Shown here piece by piece: positions 1-9,442 of a stretch of 64,000 nt of DNA (within the stretch, counting starts at the first letter, position 1; the number at the start of each line of letters is the position of its first letter). The notes below the pieces were generated by a model that was not told where the DNA came from, did not search any database, and saw nothing but the letters and a program-made list of their open reading frames with translations. This DNA is from a virus, in the IMG/VR virus record IMGVR_UViG_3300047471_000189, positions 14,230 through 78,229 of that record. One strand, written 5' to 3'. Both the position numbers and the translations under genes were made by a program.

Positions 1-1
1 T

Positions 2-1288
2 CGCAAGAAGCCGGGAGGATTTGCCCGGCAGTCCGGGATGGCAACAGCCATGTTCGGGATGGAAGAGATTGATCCGTTCGAACCAGTCTACCTCGTGGAA
101 GGAGAATTCGATCAACTGTGCATGACCCAAGCGGGATTCAGGTCTGTTTCTGTGCCGTCTGCCGGGGTGAAGTTGACCCCGGAAATGAAAGACAAGCTGA
201 TGCAAGCGAGCCAAGTGATCTTGGCCGGGGACAACGATGCGACCGGCTCCGGATACATGTCCAAGCTCTGGAAGGAACTGGGGGAGCGGACATATCTGCT
301 GGCGTGGCCCGAGGGGATCAAGGACGCGAATGAGTTCTTCCTCAAAACCTGTAACCGGGATGTGTCTGTTTTCCAGACTAAGGTTGAGGAGCTAACCCAG
401 ACAGCTAAGTCCAAACCAACTCCTGACGTGTATGCGATTCAGGAGGTCATGCGGAACGGAGAAGATACCAGCCTCGCGGACCGCGCCGACCGTCTGCGTT
501 TTCCGTGGACTGAGGTGGACAAAATGGCTATCCTGCTGCCCGGCTCCGTGCTGGGGCTCATGGCCACTTCGACTGGTATGGGTAAAACAGCGTTCTCCTT
601 GCAACTCAGTTTGTTCAATGCACGTAAGTACAACGCCACAGTAATCAACTGGCAGTGCGAATTGTCCCCGTCTGAGATCGCTACGATGGTAACTGCACAG
701 GTCCTCAGAAAGAACAGGAACTTTGTCGGGAAAGAAGATCAGAAAAAGGCCGCTGATGATCTCGACGGAGTGCAATATTATGTCGGAAATAATCCAGCGA
801 CTCATGGTATAATGGAAGTATTAGACCTGATGGAAGCAGCTATTCGCAGGACCGGTGCCACGATTGCCGTCTTGGATAACTTGCATTACTACACCACAGG
901 CATTGACGACGAAGTCCGGGTACAGGCAGCGTCTATGATCCGCATCAAGCAGATTGCTGTCCAACTAGGTTGCATCTTCATCGTGGTCTTTCAGCCCCGT
1001 AAGGCGACCAGCCAGAGCAAGGGCAAGAAGACCCACATCTCGGACGTGAAGGGTTCCGGGGCCGCAGGCGATACCACAGACTCTGTCATGGCCATCCACC
1101 GCGACGGGGTTAAAGAAGACGGCAAGTCCGACACCTACGAAGAGAAGACGCTGGTTGAAATGCTGAAGACGCGGTCCAAGGGTATAGGAAAAGCAAGTTG
1201 CTTCCTGCACTTCTTCGGTGAATTTGCGGCTTTCGAAGCTCTGGAGACAAGGCACGAGGAGGAACCGAATGGATACGAATTGGGTTAA
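2..1288 (+). CDS. Bifunctional primase-helicase (TOPRIM + SF4/DnaB-like helicase; T7 gp4/Twinkle-like), probably 5'-truncated by the window edge
   Basis: TOPRIM motifs VEGEFD, GDND, KDANE; Walker A ATSTGMGKT; Walker B-like VLDNLH; SDVKGSG; LKTR. The frame is open from base 2 (ORF track starts at 38). Confidence 0.88.
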   Translation, partial: RKKPGGFARQSGMATAMFGMEEIDPFEPVYLVEGEFDQLCMTQAGFRSVSVPSAGVKLTPEMKDKLMQASQVILAGDNDATGSGYMSKLWKELGERTYLLAWPEGIKDANEFFLKTCNRDVSVFQTKVEELTQTAKSKPTPDVYAIQEVMRNGEDTSLADRADRLRFPWTEVDKMAILLPGSVLGLMATSTGMGKTAFSLQLSLFNARKYNATVINWQCELSPSEIATMVTAQVLRKNRNFVGKEDQKKAADDLDGVQYYVGNNPATHGIMEVLDLMEAAIRRTGATIAVLDNLHYYTTGIDDEVRVQAASMIRIKQIAVQLGCIFIVVFQPRKATSQSKGKKTHISDVKGSGAAGDTTDSVMAIHRDGVKEDGKSDTYEEKTLVEMLKTRSKGIGKASCFLHFFGEFAAFEALETRHEEEPNGYELG

Positions 1289-1311
1289 AACCTCCAAGAG
1301 GAGATACACGA

Positions 1312-1560
1312 ATGAAAGTTGAGGAGCTAGTAAAACAATGTATAGACTCGATAAACAATCCACTCCGATCTCCGGAAAGTTACGGCCCTTTGATTACTCT
1401 CGTTGGAAAACACACTCTATTTCCAAGGGGAGGAGGGCCCAGACCTGTTGAACTATTGTGCGTAAATTCAAACGGAGATAAGGTTTGGTTATACTCTGCC
1501 ACTAAGGTTCTAGCCGCTCTTGTGGCGAATGGTTTAGTTGAAATAAAGGAAGGGATATGA
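1312..1560 (+). CDS. Hypothetical protein
   Basis: RBS GAGGAG upstream; ATGA overlap with next gene. Confidence 0.6.
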   Translation: MKVEELVKQCIDSINNPLRSPESYGPLITLVGKHTLFPRGGGPRPVELLCVNSNGDKVWLYSATKVLAALVANGLVEIKEGI

Positions 1561-2615
1561 ACATCTCCGCAGCAGAATTAAAACACGCGCTGAAGAAGCT
1601 CTCGCCCGTCAAGACCGAGACCTATGTCTTCGACGTAGACGGAATCAGGGCGCAGGACTCGGACGTTCTGGTCGTGGTTCCGGGGCCTACCTTCGGTGGG
1701 ACGTTTACGGTGTCGGGCAAGAAGCTGGCTCAGGTCGTGAATCGCATGACCGGCCAGATCGAAATTTCTCAATTTGAGAAAAAGTTGACCCTCAAGTCTG
1801 CTAAAGCCGTAGTCGATCTTGAGATTCAACTGGTCAAGTCAATCCCCCTCCCGGACGGCCCGGCTTGCTCCTTGGCCTTGAGTTTGACCCCGTTCAAGAA
1901 GGCAATGTCCATTGCTTCCGCCTCGGCTTCCCCTGCCAAGTCCGCTGCGTTCGGCGGCGTCGTGCTGTTACAGAATCTGCCGCTGGGCATCGAGGAGACA
2001 ATCTCCTCCGGGTACCGGATCACAGGCACCGATGCCGTCGTTCTGACAGCGGTTACCGTGGAGACGCCGGTCGACCTCCAGTTCCGGGCCCTCGTGAACC
2101 TGACAGCTTCCGCTGTTGTCCAGTTAATGGACGGCGAGACGATTGAGGTCGGGGACACGAACAAGTGTCTGGTCCTCAAATCTGGTGGGGTCTCCATCTA
2201 CGCCTCAAAGCCGGTTCAGAAATATCCCGATTTTGACGGGTTAATGGCTAAAATTCCAGAGATACGGGTCGGGTTTAACCCCCAAGAACTTCTGTCCGCG
2301 CTGAAGACGGTCGAGCCATTGATCGACGAAACCGTGGACAAAGGTGCGGTGAGTTTACATTTCGACTCCAGTGTGGTAAAATGTTCTAATATTGGAGTTG
2401 GATCAACAGCTTCCGATGAATCTGCTTATGAGCAGATAGAACCGGACCCGGTTTTCGACCCGAGGGAGTTTAACTTAAAACTTACAGCTAAATATTTATC
2501 TGGGTTCCTAAGCCGGGCCGGGGAACAAGCCACTCTGGGCGTTACAGACGGACCAGTAAGATTAGAATCTGAAAACGTGATCGTGCTGACTATGCCAGCA
2601 AAGGTGGGAAAATGA
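1557..2615 (+). CDS. DNA polymerase III beta-clamp-like sliding clamp
   Basis: 352 aa; N-terminal ELKHALKKL, GTD, KYPDF, ELLSALK, C-terminal LTMP pattern typical of DnaN. Confidence 0.75.
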   Translation: MNISAAELKHALKKLSPVKTETYVFDVDGIRAQDSDVLVVVPGPTFGGTFTVSGKKLAQVVNRMTGQIEISQFEKKLTLKSAKAVVDLEIQLVKSIPLPDGPACSLALSLTPFKKAMSIASASASPAKSAAFGGVVLLQNLPLGIEETISSGYRITGTDAVVLTAVTVETPVDLQFRALVNLTASAVVQLMDGETIEVGDTNKCLVLKSGGVSIYASKPVQKYPDFDGLMAKIPEIRVGFNPQELLSALKTVEPLIDETVDKGAVSLHFDSSVVKCSNIGVGSTASDESAYEQIEPDPVFDPREFNLKLTAKYLSGFLSRAGEQATLGVTDGPVRLESENVIVLTMPAKVGK

Positions 2616-3325
2616 ACGAACCGACCTACCTAGAGCCCCTGAACAAAGACGCCGCCCTCCGGCTGTCTGAGGACATCGATGCCCTCCTCGGCCAGATCAG
2701 TACCCACGAGATCAAGCTGGCCCGTTCCTACGCCCGTCTAGGGGGTCTTCTCAGAGAGGTCAAGAACCAGCAGTACTGGATGTCCTACGGGTACGACCGG
2801 TTCTCCTCCTACCTAGAATTCGTACGGGGAAAGATCGGAAGAGAGCGCAGTCAGGTGTACGCGATCCTGTCCGTGGCTGAGGCTCTGCTCCCTCTGATGA
2901 CCGAGTCGGAACTGGAGACCGTTGGGATTACGAAGGCCCACGAACTCCGCAGGCTGGTGGGTCAGGGAGGCAGTCTAGAGGCTACGTTCGAAGTCGCAGT
3001 CTCCGCCGGGGGGAACGACTGGACCGAATCTGTCCGAATAATGGACTACGCCGCGAGCCCCAAGGTCACCGCAAAACAGCTTCGGGTAAAGGTGAATGAG
3101 ATTCTCCACATCCACGAAGACAGGCAGGGGCTCTGGTTCGACCCGGGCGGGTTCTACGCAACCCCGGATGAACGTAAAGAGATCGACCAGTTCTGGTCTG
3201 TGGGTAGACAGTTGTTTGGGTCTAAGGACGAGCAGCCGGACCACGTATGGAAGAAAGAAGTGTTCTTGGCTGCGATACGAGAGTCGCTAAGTACGTGGGC
3301 TGCGGAGGTCGCGGATGGTCGTTGA
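2612..3325 (+). CDS. Hypothetical helical protein, possibly DNA-binding
   Basis: ATGA-coupled ORF; LGGLLREVK...GYDRFSSYLE pattern. Confidence 0.6.
   Translation: MNEPTYLEPLNKDAALRLSEDIDALLGQISTHEIKLARSYARLGGLLREVKNQQYWMSYGYDRFSSYLEFVRGKIGRERSQVYAILSVAEALLPLMTESELETVGITKAHELRRLVGQGGSLEATFEVAVSAGGNDWTESVRIMDYAASPKVTAKQLRVKVNEILHIHEDRQGLWFDPGGFYATPDERKEIDQFWSVGRQLFGSKDEQPDHVWKKEVFLAAIRESLSTWAAEVADGR
3032..3046. repeat. Dispersed 15-bp motif copy
   Basis: GTCCGAATAATGGAC, intragenic (VRIMD). Confidence 0.85.
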
Positions 3326-3488
3326 TGCGTTGTTAGAGACAATCAAAATTTGGATGACGGGGTTGATAAGAGGGTCGGCGTTCTGGCTTCTTTGCATGGT
3401 TGCGGTTCCGAATAAATCTCTTACGATAGGGCAACTCATTCTTTGTTACTTGGCTGGACTCTTCTGGGAATACGCGAATGAAAAGTAA
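3315..3488 (+). CDS. Small membrane protein (57 aa; not in ORF track)
   Basis: GGAGG RBS; MVVDALLETIKIWMTGLIRGSAFWLLCMVAVP...LILCYLAGLFWEYANEK fills the gap with overlaps at both ends. Confidence 0.55.
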   Translation: MVVDALLETIKIWMTGLIRGSAFWLLCMVAVPNKSLTIGQLILCYLAGLFWEYANEK

Positions 3489-3870
3489 AACCGTCCACGT
3501 AGAGATCGACGAAACGGGCCTACCCTGCCGCATCTTCCGAACGAAGGAGTGGAGGAACCTCCCCAGTACTCAAGTCCTGACTATGAGCAGAGCGGATGCG
3601 GTTGGGGCTATAAGGCGTCGGGTATACCAGCGGTCCCGCCAGAGTCTTGGTCACGCTGAATGCGAGCGGTGCGGAAGATTTATAACCGAAGATAGTTTCG
3701 AGATGAACGAGATACGCCCTAAAGGAGCAAGCGGAGGCAAAACGGGAGGGGAAGTTAGCCTATCGAATTGCGAAGCTCTATGTCATGCCTGCCATCAGGG
3801 AGGACCAGATTCAGCCCACGGCGACCGCCGCTGGCAAACAGCAAAAATCAAGTCCGAAGAAGGACAATAA
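3478..3870 (+). CDS. HNH-like zinc-finger nuclease (first His apparently replaced)
   Basis: CERC ... EMNEIRPK..GG ... SNCEALCHACH. Confidence 0.65.
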   Translation: MKSKTVHVEIDETGLPCRIFRTKEWRNLPSTQVLTMSRADAVGAIRRRVYQRSRQSLGHAECERCGRFITEDSFEMNEIRPKGASGGKTGGEVSLSNCEALCHACHQGGPDSAHGDRRWQTAKIKSEEGQ

Positions 3871-4412
3871 TGGAAGTCGATATCACTAAATACGCCCCCG
3901 TAATTTCAAAAATTTTAACCAAGTTGAAGGTCAAGAAGCAGGACCGGGAAGACTTGACTCAGGAGTGCTACTTAGCCCTCTTGGAAAAACATAAACACTT
4001 GGTTCGGGGGATAGAACTCGGGACCGAAAACAGCTTCGCGACCTCGATTTGCCGAAGCCGAGTTACCGACATATGGAGACGGGACCATCAGGACCGGGGA
4101 CAGTACAAGACCAAAGCAGGAGTCCGGTTCGACTCTTTGTCCGACCCCCGGGTATACAGGAAAGCGGCCAAGGTTATTGAGCCAATTGCCGAGTTAGACT
4201 CAGAGATAGATTCCGGAGAATTGGAAGCAGCTATCCTCAGCCTGCCGTTCGACGAGTTCAGGGTTATTTACGAAGTGTTTGTTGAAGGAAAGACACAAGC
4301 GTCGGTGGCTCAGGAATTGGGCATAAGTATTCGCACCGTCGGGACCCGCCAGCAAAAAGGAATTTCTGGGTTAAAGAAGTATTTTAAGGTGGACAACGAA
4401 CCTGAATTGTAG
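3870..4412 (+). CDS. Phage sigma-70 family (ECF-like) sigma factor
   Basis: Region 2-like DREDLTQECYLALL; region 4 HTH ILSLPFDEFRVI...GKTQASVAQELGISIRTV; start ATG 3870 overlaps the previous stop. Confidence 0.8.
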   Translation: MEVDITKYAPVISKILTKLKVKKQDREDLTQECYLALLEKHKHLVRGIELGTENSFATSICRSRVTDIWRRDHQDRGQYKTKAGVRFDSLSDPRVYRKAAKVIEPIAELDSEIDSGELEAAILSLPFDEFRVIYEVFVEGKTQASVAQELGISIRTVGTRQQKGISGLKKYFKVDNEPEL

Positions 4413-4438
4413 TAAAATGTAGTTACATCAAGAAAAGA

Positions 4439-4861
4439 GTGTGTACCTTGGGGATTCAGACCAGAATCACAGTTTCCTGTGACTACGCGGGCTGCAAGCA
4501 GTCCGTGTCATGGATCAAGGAAGACGTCGAGAGCGGCCAAGTTCCTGCTCCAGAAGAAGGTCTGTACCTAGTGTTATTCCAACAGATGGGAGTAACCAAG
4601 TCCTTCTGCGGCCAGTACCACGCCGCGATGTACTTCATGCCTCCCGGGTACGACGTTACCAAGAAGAAGGTTGTGCAGGTTCCTGCTGTAGAAGTTGTGA
4701 AGCACGAGCCAATCGCGCAGGCCGATGGGGCTGGACCGGAAGAGGTATTGTGTAATTGCGGTCACCCGGTTAATGAGCATAACAACTGGGGATGCTGCGT
4801 AACTCTTTCGGATACGATTGGTGATTTCTGTAAGTGTGAAAACCAAGGACCCCTAGTATGA
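4439..4861 (+). CDS. Cys/His-rich hypothetical protein
   Basis: CDYAGC, FCGQYH, CNCGH...C..CKC clusters. Confidence 0.55.
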   Translation: MCTLGIQTRITVSCDYAGCKQSVSWIKEDVESGQVPAPEEGLYLVLFQQMGVTKSFCGQYHAAMYFMPPGYDVTKKKVVQVPAVEVVKHEPIAQADGAGPEEVLCNCGHPVNEHNNWGCCVTLSDTIGDFCKCENQGPLV

Positions 4862-5226
4862 CATCTTCCGACTTCACCAAATCGATCATCGCTCTGGCTT
4901 GCTGGAGGGCAGCGCGAACCGAGCTACACCAAGCGATGCTGTCCGTTTGCATGGTGTTCCTGAACCGGGCCAGAGATGGATGGTACGAAGGCAGCGTGTA
5001 TGAGAATGCCTGCCACTGGCTGTCCGAGCATGACGGGGGTTTCCCGGACGAGCGGGACCCTCAGTTTCTACAGATGCTTGTCAAGATCGATGCGGTAACG
5101 GCTGGACTGATACCGGACAAAACGGGCGGGGCGTTGTGGTTCTACCCGAAGACAGAAGAGGATATCCAGATTCCTGAAGGATACAACATAACGACAACGA
5201 TTGGCAGTCTGGTTTTCGTGAGGTAA
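4858..5226 (+). CDS. SleB/Hydrolase_2-like cell wall hydrolase homolog, probably catalytically altered
   Basis: V..VFLNR and DKTGGALWFY motifs, TTIG.LVF; WRAARTE replaces the usual EARGE. Confidence 0.6.
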   Translation: MTSSDFTKSIIALACWRAARTELHQAMLSVCMVFLNRARDGWYEGSVYENACHWLSEHDGGFPDERDPQFLQMLVKIDAVTAGLIPDKTGGALWFYPKTEEDIQIPEGYNITTTIGSLVFVR

Positions 5227-5227
5227 A

Positions 5228-5395
5228 ATGGCAATTTACTCATACGTTTGTAAAAGATGCTCTCACCAGTTCGACCAGCTTATTGTCCGAAAAATGGACG
5301 ACCCACCTCCGTGCCCCGAATGCGGAGGATATACACAGAAAACATGGAGTGTCCCCAGTCAGGCTCAATGGAAATGCAGCAAGGGGAGTCTGTAA
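5228..5395 (+). CDS. FmdB-family zinc-ribbon protein (55 aa; not in ORF track)
   Basis: MAIYSYVCKRCSHQFD...CPECGG matches the MPIYEYxCxxC...CPxCG pattern; GAGG RBS. Confidence 0.8.
   Translation: MAIYSYVCKRCSHQFDQLIVRKMDDPPPCPECGGYTQKTWSVPSQAQWKCSKGSL
5285..5299. repeat. Dispersed 15-bp motif copy (1 mismatch)
   Basis: GTCCGAAAAATGGAC, intragenic (VRKMD). Confidence 0.75.
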
Positions 5396-5643
5396 TGGGG
5401 TCAGAATATCTCGGAGAGGTGGTCTACCTTTTATGGAAGGTTAATCGATCCTATGATTCCAGAGAACTAGTCGGGGTATTTAGCTCTCAGGAAAAAGCTC
5501 GGGGGCATGTCGTTCTTCACCCTTCAGAGAAAAGTATAACTAGGTGGGTAGATCACGTAGAAGAAACAACTCGGAATATACCATACGAACTTCAGGAAGC
5601 AAGAATAGATTGGTGGGCTACTAATAAGAGGGCACCGGCATGA
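5395..5643 (+). CDS. Hypothetical protein
   Basis: TAATG coupling; VYLL...ELVGVFSS.EKA pattern. Confidence 0.55.
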   Translation: MGSEYLGEVVYLLWKVNRSYDSRELVGVFSSQEKARGHVVLHPSEKSITRWVDHVEETTRNIPYELQEARIDWWATNKRAPA

Positions 5644-6185
5644 AGAAACCCAAGACGCAGGCGCAGGCAGACAAAGCGGCCAACGCCCGGCTCCAGAAAA
5701 CATACAACCGGGATCTAGCTTGGTACGACGAACAGTTGGAGAAGCAAAACGGAGGCTGCGCGATCTGCGGTCGACCGGCAGGTACCAGACGGCTCCACAT
5801 CGACCACGACCACTCATGGAAGAAGTCCAAGATTGTTTCAAGGAAGCTGGACTCGATTCTAAGTACGTGGATCGCAGAAGGATCATATCTAGACAAGGGC
5901 TACATCGCTAGGGACACGAAGAAATCTCTGGCGGTCCGGGCAGTAAAGCGGATGATGCTCCGGGACAGCGTCCGTGGGTTACTGTGCTATTCGCATAACG
6001 CCGGGCTCCAGAAGTTCCAAGACGATCCGGAGTTGCTTAGGTCGGCGGCGGACTATCTAGAGAATCATCAGATCTCTACGCAGGATCAATGGTGCGACGG
6101 ATGCGACGGCACTGGGCTGATGGAAGGATGGAACCGGAGGGACGGATACTCCTGTCCAAAGTGTAAAGGAAAAGCGACCGTATGA
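5640..6185 (+). CDS. Recombination endonuclease VII-like protein
   Basis: QNGGCAICG, LHIDHDH, VRGLLC..HNAGL..F.DD...L..A..YL; C-terminal CxxC-G zinc motif. Confidence 0.88.
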   Translation: MKKPKTQAQADKAANARLQKTYNRDLAWYDEQLEKQNGGCAICGRPAGTRRLHIDHDHSWKKSKIVSRKLDSILSTWIAEGSYLDKGYIARDTKKSLAVRAVKRMMLRDSVRGLLCYSHNAGLQKFQDDPELLRSAADYLENHQISTQDQWCDGCDGTGLMEGWNRRDGYSCPKCKGKATV

Positions 6186-6361
6186 GGACCACGGGAGAAA
6201 AGCTGGTTGAACTCTGCACGAAGTTTGTGACCGAGCAGGAAATTACCTGTTCCGAATCCGTGTACCAAAGTGATCGGGTGATAGAAAACGCATACGAACT
6301 GATTGACCGGATTTGCAAGATTGTTGGGTTTTATAAAGACCCGGAGGACGAAGATGAGTAG
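6182..6361 (+). CDS. Hypothetical protein (59 aa; not in ORF track)
   Basis: MRTTGEKLVELCTKF...ITCSESVYQSDRV...; ATGA-coupled. Confidence 0.6.
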   Translation: MRTTGEKLVELCTKFVTEQEITCSESVYQSDRVIENAYELIDRICKIVGFYKDPEDEDE

Positions 6362-6509
6362 ACCAATTTCACAATACAGCACGCCAAGGAAATGCTCGGT
6401 ATGTCTGAAGCCAGCTACCGTCTGGGTGCTGGCGTCTCTGGACCAACGGGGCGGACCGGACAAGAGTTCTGTCCAGCCGAGATGTGCGGAGCACGAGGAG
6501 GCGCGATGA
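6354..6509 (+). CDS. Small zinc-binding hypothetical protein
   Basis: GGAGG RBS; CSVC...CAEH. Confidence 0.5.
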   Translation: MSRPISQYSTPRKCSVCLKPATVWVLASLDQRGGPDKSSVQPRCAEHEEAR

Positions 6510-7015
6510 AGACCAAGATCATGCTGGCTCTGTTGATGGTGTGTGTCGCTGCCGGGGCGCAGGGTACCGACTCCAAAGTAAACAAGAAAGTCCGGTCCTG
6601 TGAGAAGCGGAACTGGCCGGTCGACGACTCTGTCTGCCACGGGTACGCGCTCGCGATGGCTCATGAGTATTACGTTGAGCATCCTGATTTCTTTGCGGCC
6701 CCGAAGCCGCCTGTTACACAACCGGACCTTTCTATCAACGGAGCAGGACCGATCACATACGGTCAGATATCCGGCGGTAGCCTCAACATCACCTATCCCG
6801 AAACCCCGGCACTGATCTGCGATAAGTATCAGCATGTCGAGGCGTCGTATGTCTCTATGGATGGAGATCAGATGACCTATCACCCGAGCCGGTGCGTAGA
6901 CGATATTCACATGGTCACTGAAAAGGAGTGGCAGGAGTTGACGGAGCGGCTCAAGACCTTTTGGTACATCGGTCAAGGGTTGACGACCAACGTAAGTACC
7001 GGGGGAGCGAAATGA
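6506..7015 (+). CDS. Secreted hypothetical protein
   Basis: GAGGAGG RBS; signal-peptide-like MKTKIMLALLMVCVAAGAQ. Confidence 0.6.
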   Translation: MKTKIMLALLMVCVAAGAQGTDSKVNKKVRSCEKRNWPVDDSVCHGYALAMAHEYYVEHPDFFAAPKPPVTQPDLSINGAGPITYGQISGGSLNITYPETPALICDKYQHVEASYVSMDGDQMTYHPSRCVDDIHMVTEKEWQELTERLKTFWYIGQGLTTNVSTGGAK

Positions 7016-7188
7016 AGATTTCCGACTCAATGGTACAGAAGCTCAAGGAATGTGCGGCCCAAGAGATGGCTCGCAGCATTCACGTAGAGGACCAGAAAGT
7101 GTACGCCCGTGGGGTAGCCGACGGAGCCACTGTTCTCGCACAAACGATACTTGAAAATTTGGAAGAGGAGACCCCAGTTGCCGAATAA
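7012..7188 (+). CDS. Hypothetical protein
   Basis: GGAG RBS, ATGA coupling; MKISDSMVQKLKE... Confidence 0.55.
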   Translation: MKISDSMVQKLKECAAQEMARSIHVEDQKVYARGVADGATVLAQTILENLEEETPVAE

Positions 7189-8473
7189 TCCAGTACAGGA
7201 CTCCATTAAGCAGAGAGTTGTTGACCTGAAGGCAATGCACCCGGACTGGTCGAGCCGAAAGATTGCGAAGTTGATCGGTATTCACCACAAGACAGTGAAC
7301 CGGATTTTGAAGCTGGCAAACTTCGCTCAAGAGATCTCCGAATTCGAGGAACTCAGCCAAGTGACTGAACCCTCTCGGACCTTGTCAGAAACTTGCGAGG
7401 TCAAGGGAGACAACTGGACCATCACCCTTCCTAAAACACGTATCCACACCTTGGAAGAATTGCTTGAGTATTTCAAAGTCGACATCCTTATCTGGGAAGT
7501 CGAGAGATTCGTCTGCAACAAATGGGAGATGGCGTACAAGGATAAGGATGACAACGCGAAAGTCGAGCCGTTGTTCCAAGTTAAGGCTTTCCTCAAGAAG
7601 AAGAAAGACGTAGAATCCGTTCTCAAAGAAATTGAGGAATTAAAGGAACAAGCGAAAACACACGCCCCAGAAGCCCCCTTCGTTGTCCAGACCGCTTCGT
7701 CCGATTTGATGTTAGAAATCAACTTCCCAGACGCCCATTTGGGCAAGCTGGCTTGGGGAGTTGAGACCGGTCACGGAAACTACGACGTCAAGATAGCGGA
7801 GCAAGTTTATTGGACGGCTCTAGAAACTATTCTGCAAAGGGTTGAGCCGCATAATTTCGATCATATACTTTACGTGGTAGGAAACGACCTACTCAACTCG
7901 GATGACATTGAGGGCCGCACGACTTCTGGGACGTACGTAAGCTCAGACGCTCGGTATCACAAGACCTTCGGGGCCGTCCGGAACTTGATGGTAAAGTCTA
8001 TCGAGCGGTTGCGTCAGATCGCTCCGGTGAAGGTAATGATCGTAAGTGGTAACCACGATCAGCTTTCTTGCTGGCACATGGGGGACTCGCTGGAATGCTT
8101 CTTCCATAACTACGGGGATGTCCAGATCGACAATCTTCCCCGGTCCCGAAAGTATCACGAATTCGGTAACGTGGGTTTGATGTTTACTCATGGGCACAAG
8201 GGGAAGCGGACGGACTACCCGGCCCTGATGGCTGCGGAACAGCCCCAGATGTGGGGAAGGACCAAATACCGCGAGTGTCACACCGGTCACCTTCACATGA
8301 CCAAAACCGACGAACAGCATGGGTTCCGGACGAGGATTCTACCTTCGTTGACTGCTCCCGACGACTGGCTGTCCACGAACGGATTTGTTGGCAACCTTCG
8401 GAACGCAGAAGGGTACATCTGGTCAAAGCAAGAAGGGTTGATCGGACAGGTGTACTACACGGTACCGGAATAG
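7178..8473 (+). CDS. Calcineurin-like metallophosphoesterase with N-terminal HTH
   Basis: DAHLG, GNDLLNSD, GNHD, THGH, GHLH; N-terminal WSSRKIAKLIGIHHKTV HTH; likely TTG start after GAGGAG. Confidence 0.85.
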   Translation: MPNNPVQDSIKQRVVDLKAMHPDWSSRKIAKLIGIHHKTVNRILKLANFAQEISEFEELSQVTEPSRTLSETCEVKGDNWTITLPKTRIHTLEELLEYFKVDILIWEVERFVCNKWEMAYKDKDDNAKVEPLFQVKAFLKKKKDVESVLKEIEELKEQAKTHAPEAPFVVQTASSDLMLEINFPDAHLGKLAWGVETGHGNYDVKIAEQVYWTALETILQRVEPHNFDHILYVVGNDLLNSDDIEGRTTSGTYVSSDARYHKTFGAVRNLMVKSIERLRQIAPVKVMIVSGNHDQLSCWHMGDSLECFFHNYGDVQIDNLPRSRKYHEFGNVGLMFTHGHKGKRTDYPALMAAEQPQMWGRTKYRECHTGHLHMTKTDEQHGFRTRILPSLTAPDDWLSTNGFVGNLRNAEGYIWSKQEGLIGQVYYTVPE

Positions 8474-8480
8474 GAGAAAC

Positions 8481-9308
8481 ATGAGCACACCGCTTGTAAT
8501 CTATCACGGCAACTGTCAGGACGGGTTTACCGCCGCTTGGGCTATCTGGAAGAAGTTTCCGGACTTTGAATTCTACCCCGGAAAGTATCAGGAAACTCCT
8601 CCAGATGTATCAGGTCGAGATGTATTCTTCGTCGACTTCTCTTATAAGCGCCCAGTAATTCTGGAGATGGCGGCAAAGGCGAATTCGATCACGATCTTAG
8701 ATCATCACGCCTCAGCGGAGAAGGACCTTGTCGATCTACCTGAAAATGTGTTCGTAATTTTCGATATGGAACGCTCCGGTGCCCGTATAACGTGGGAGTT
8801 TTTTCATAGCAAAGAAGAGGTCCCGGCTCTCGTAAAGTACGTCGAGGACCGAGACCTGTGGAGATTCAAGTACGAGGAAACCAAATCACTTTCTGCGTAT
8901 TTGTTCAGCTTCGAGTACAGCTTTGCTATCTGGGATCAGGCCGTCCGAATAATGGACGATCTTAATAGGAGGAACGCTGCCGAGTTACAAGGACAGTCGA
9001 TTCTCCGCAAGCAAGCCAAGGACATCGACGAACTTCTCCAGAACAAGTTTCGGATGACCATCGGCGGCACAGAAGTATGGTCGGCGAACCTGCCGTATAC
9101 CTTATGCTCTGAAGCCGGACACATCTTGTCCAAAGGAGAGCCCTTCGCTGCGACATTTTACCTAGACGGAAAGTCGGCTATCTTTAGTCTTCGATCTGCT
9201 GAGGACGGAATCGATGTATCAGAGGTTGCCAAGAAGTATGGGGGCGGGGGCCACAAACACGCCGCAGGATTCAAGGTACCTTCACCTGTAGCATGGGAGT
9301 TAAAATGA
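8481..9308 (+). CDS. DHH/DHHA1 phosphoesterase (NrnB-like nanoRNase family)
   Basis: YHGNCQDG, VDFS, LDHH, DRDLW, SLRS, GGGGHKHAAGF. Confidence 0.9.
   Translation: MSTPLVIYHGNCQDGFTAAWAIWKKFPDFEFYPGKYQETPPDVSGRDVFFVDFSYKRPVILEMAAKANSITILDHHASAEKDLVDLPENVFVIFDMERSGARITWEFFHSKEEVPALVKYVEDRDLWRFKYEETKSLSAYLFSFEYSFAIWDQAVRIMDDLNRRNAAELQGQSILRKQAKDIDELLQNKFRMTIGGTEVWSANLPYTLCSEAGHILSKGEPFAATFYLDGKSAIFSLRSAEDGIDVSEVAKKYGGGGHKHAAGFKVPSPVAWELK
8943..8957. repeat. Dispersed 15-bp motif copy
   Basis: GTCCGAATAATGGAC, intragenic (VRIMD). Confidence 0.85.
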
Positions 9309-9442
9309 AACTTATCAGAAAGATCGCAGCTTGGGTTTTGAAGGATAACGTGTTGGGTTACTGTATGCAGCAAGACATGGATTCCGGATGGATATATGGC
9401 GAGGGATGGCATCTTAACTTCGGAAGGGGGACAGAAAAATGA
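9305..9442 (+). CDS. Small hypothetical protein (45 aa; not in ORF track)
   Basis: GGGAG RBS; fills gap with overlaps at both ends. Confidence 0.4.
   Translation: MKLIRKIAAWVLKDNVLGYCMQQDMDSGWIYGEGWHLNFGRGTEK

Noticed and set aside
5257-5394. N-terminal part of ORF 5257-5643
   Set aside because: Region is better explained by the FmdB-like ORF 5228-5395 in another frame, with a coupled ATG at 5395
6086-7030. 314-aa minus-strand ORF
   Set aside because: Antisense shadow of several RBS-supported, coupled + strand genes; no recognisable motifs
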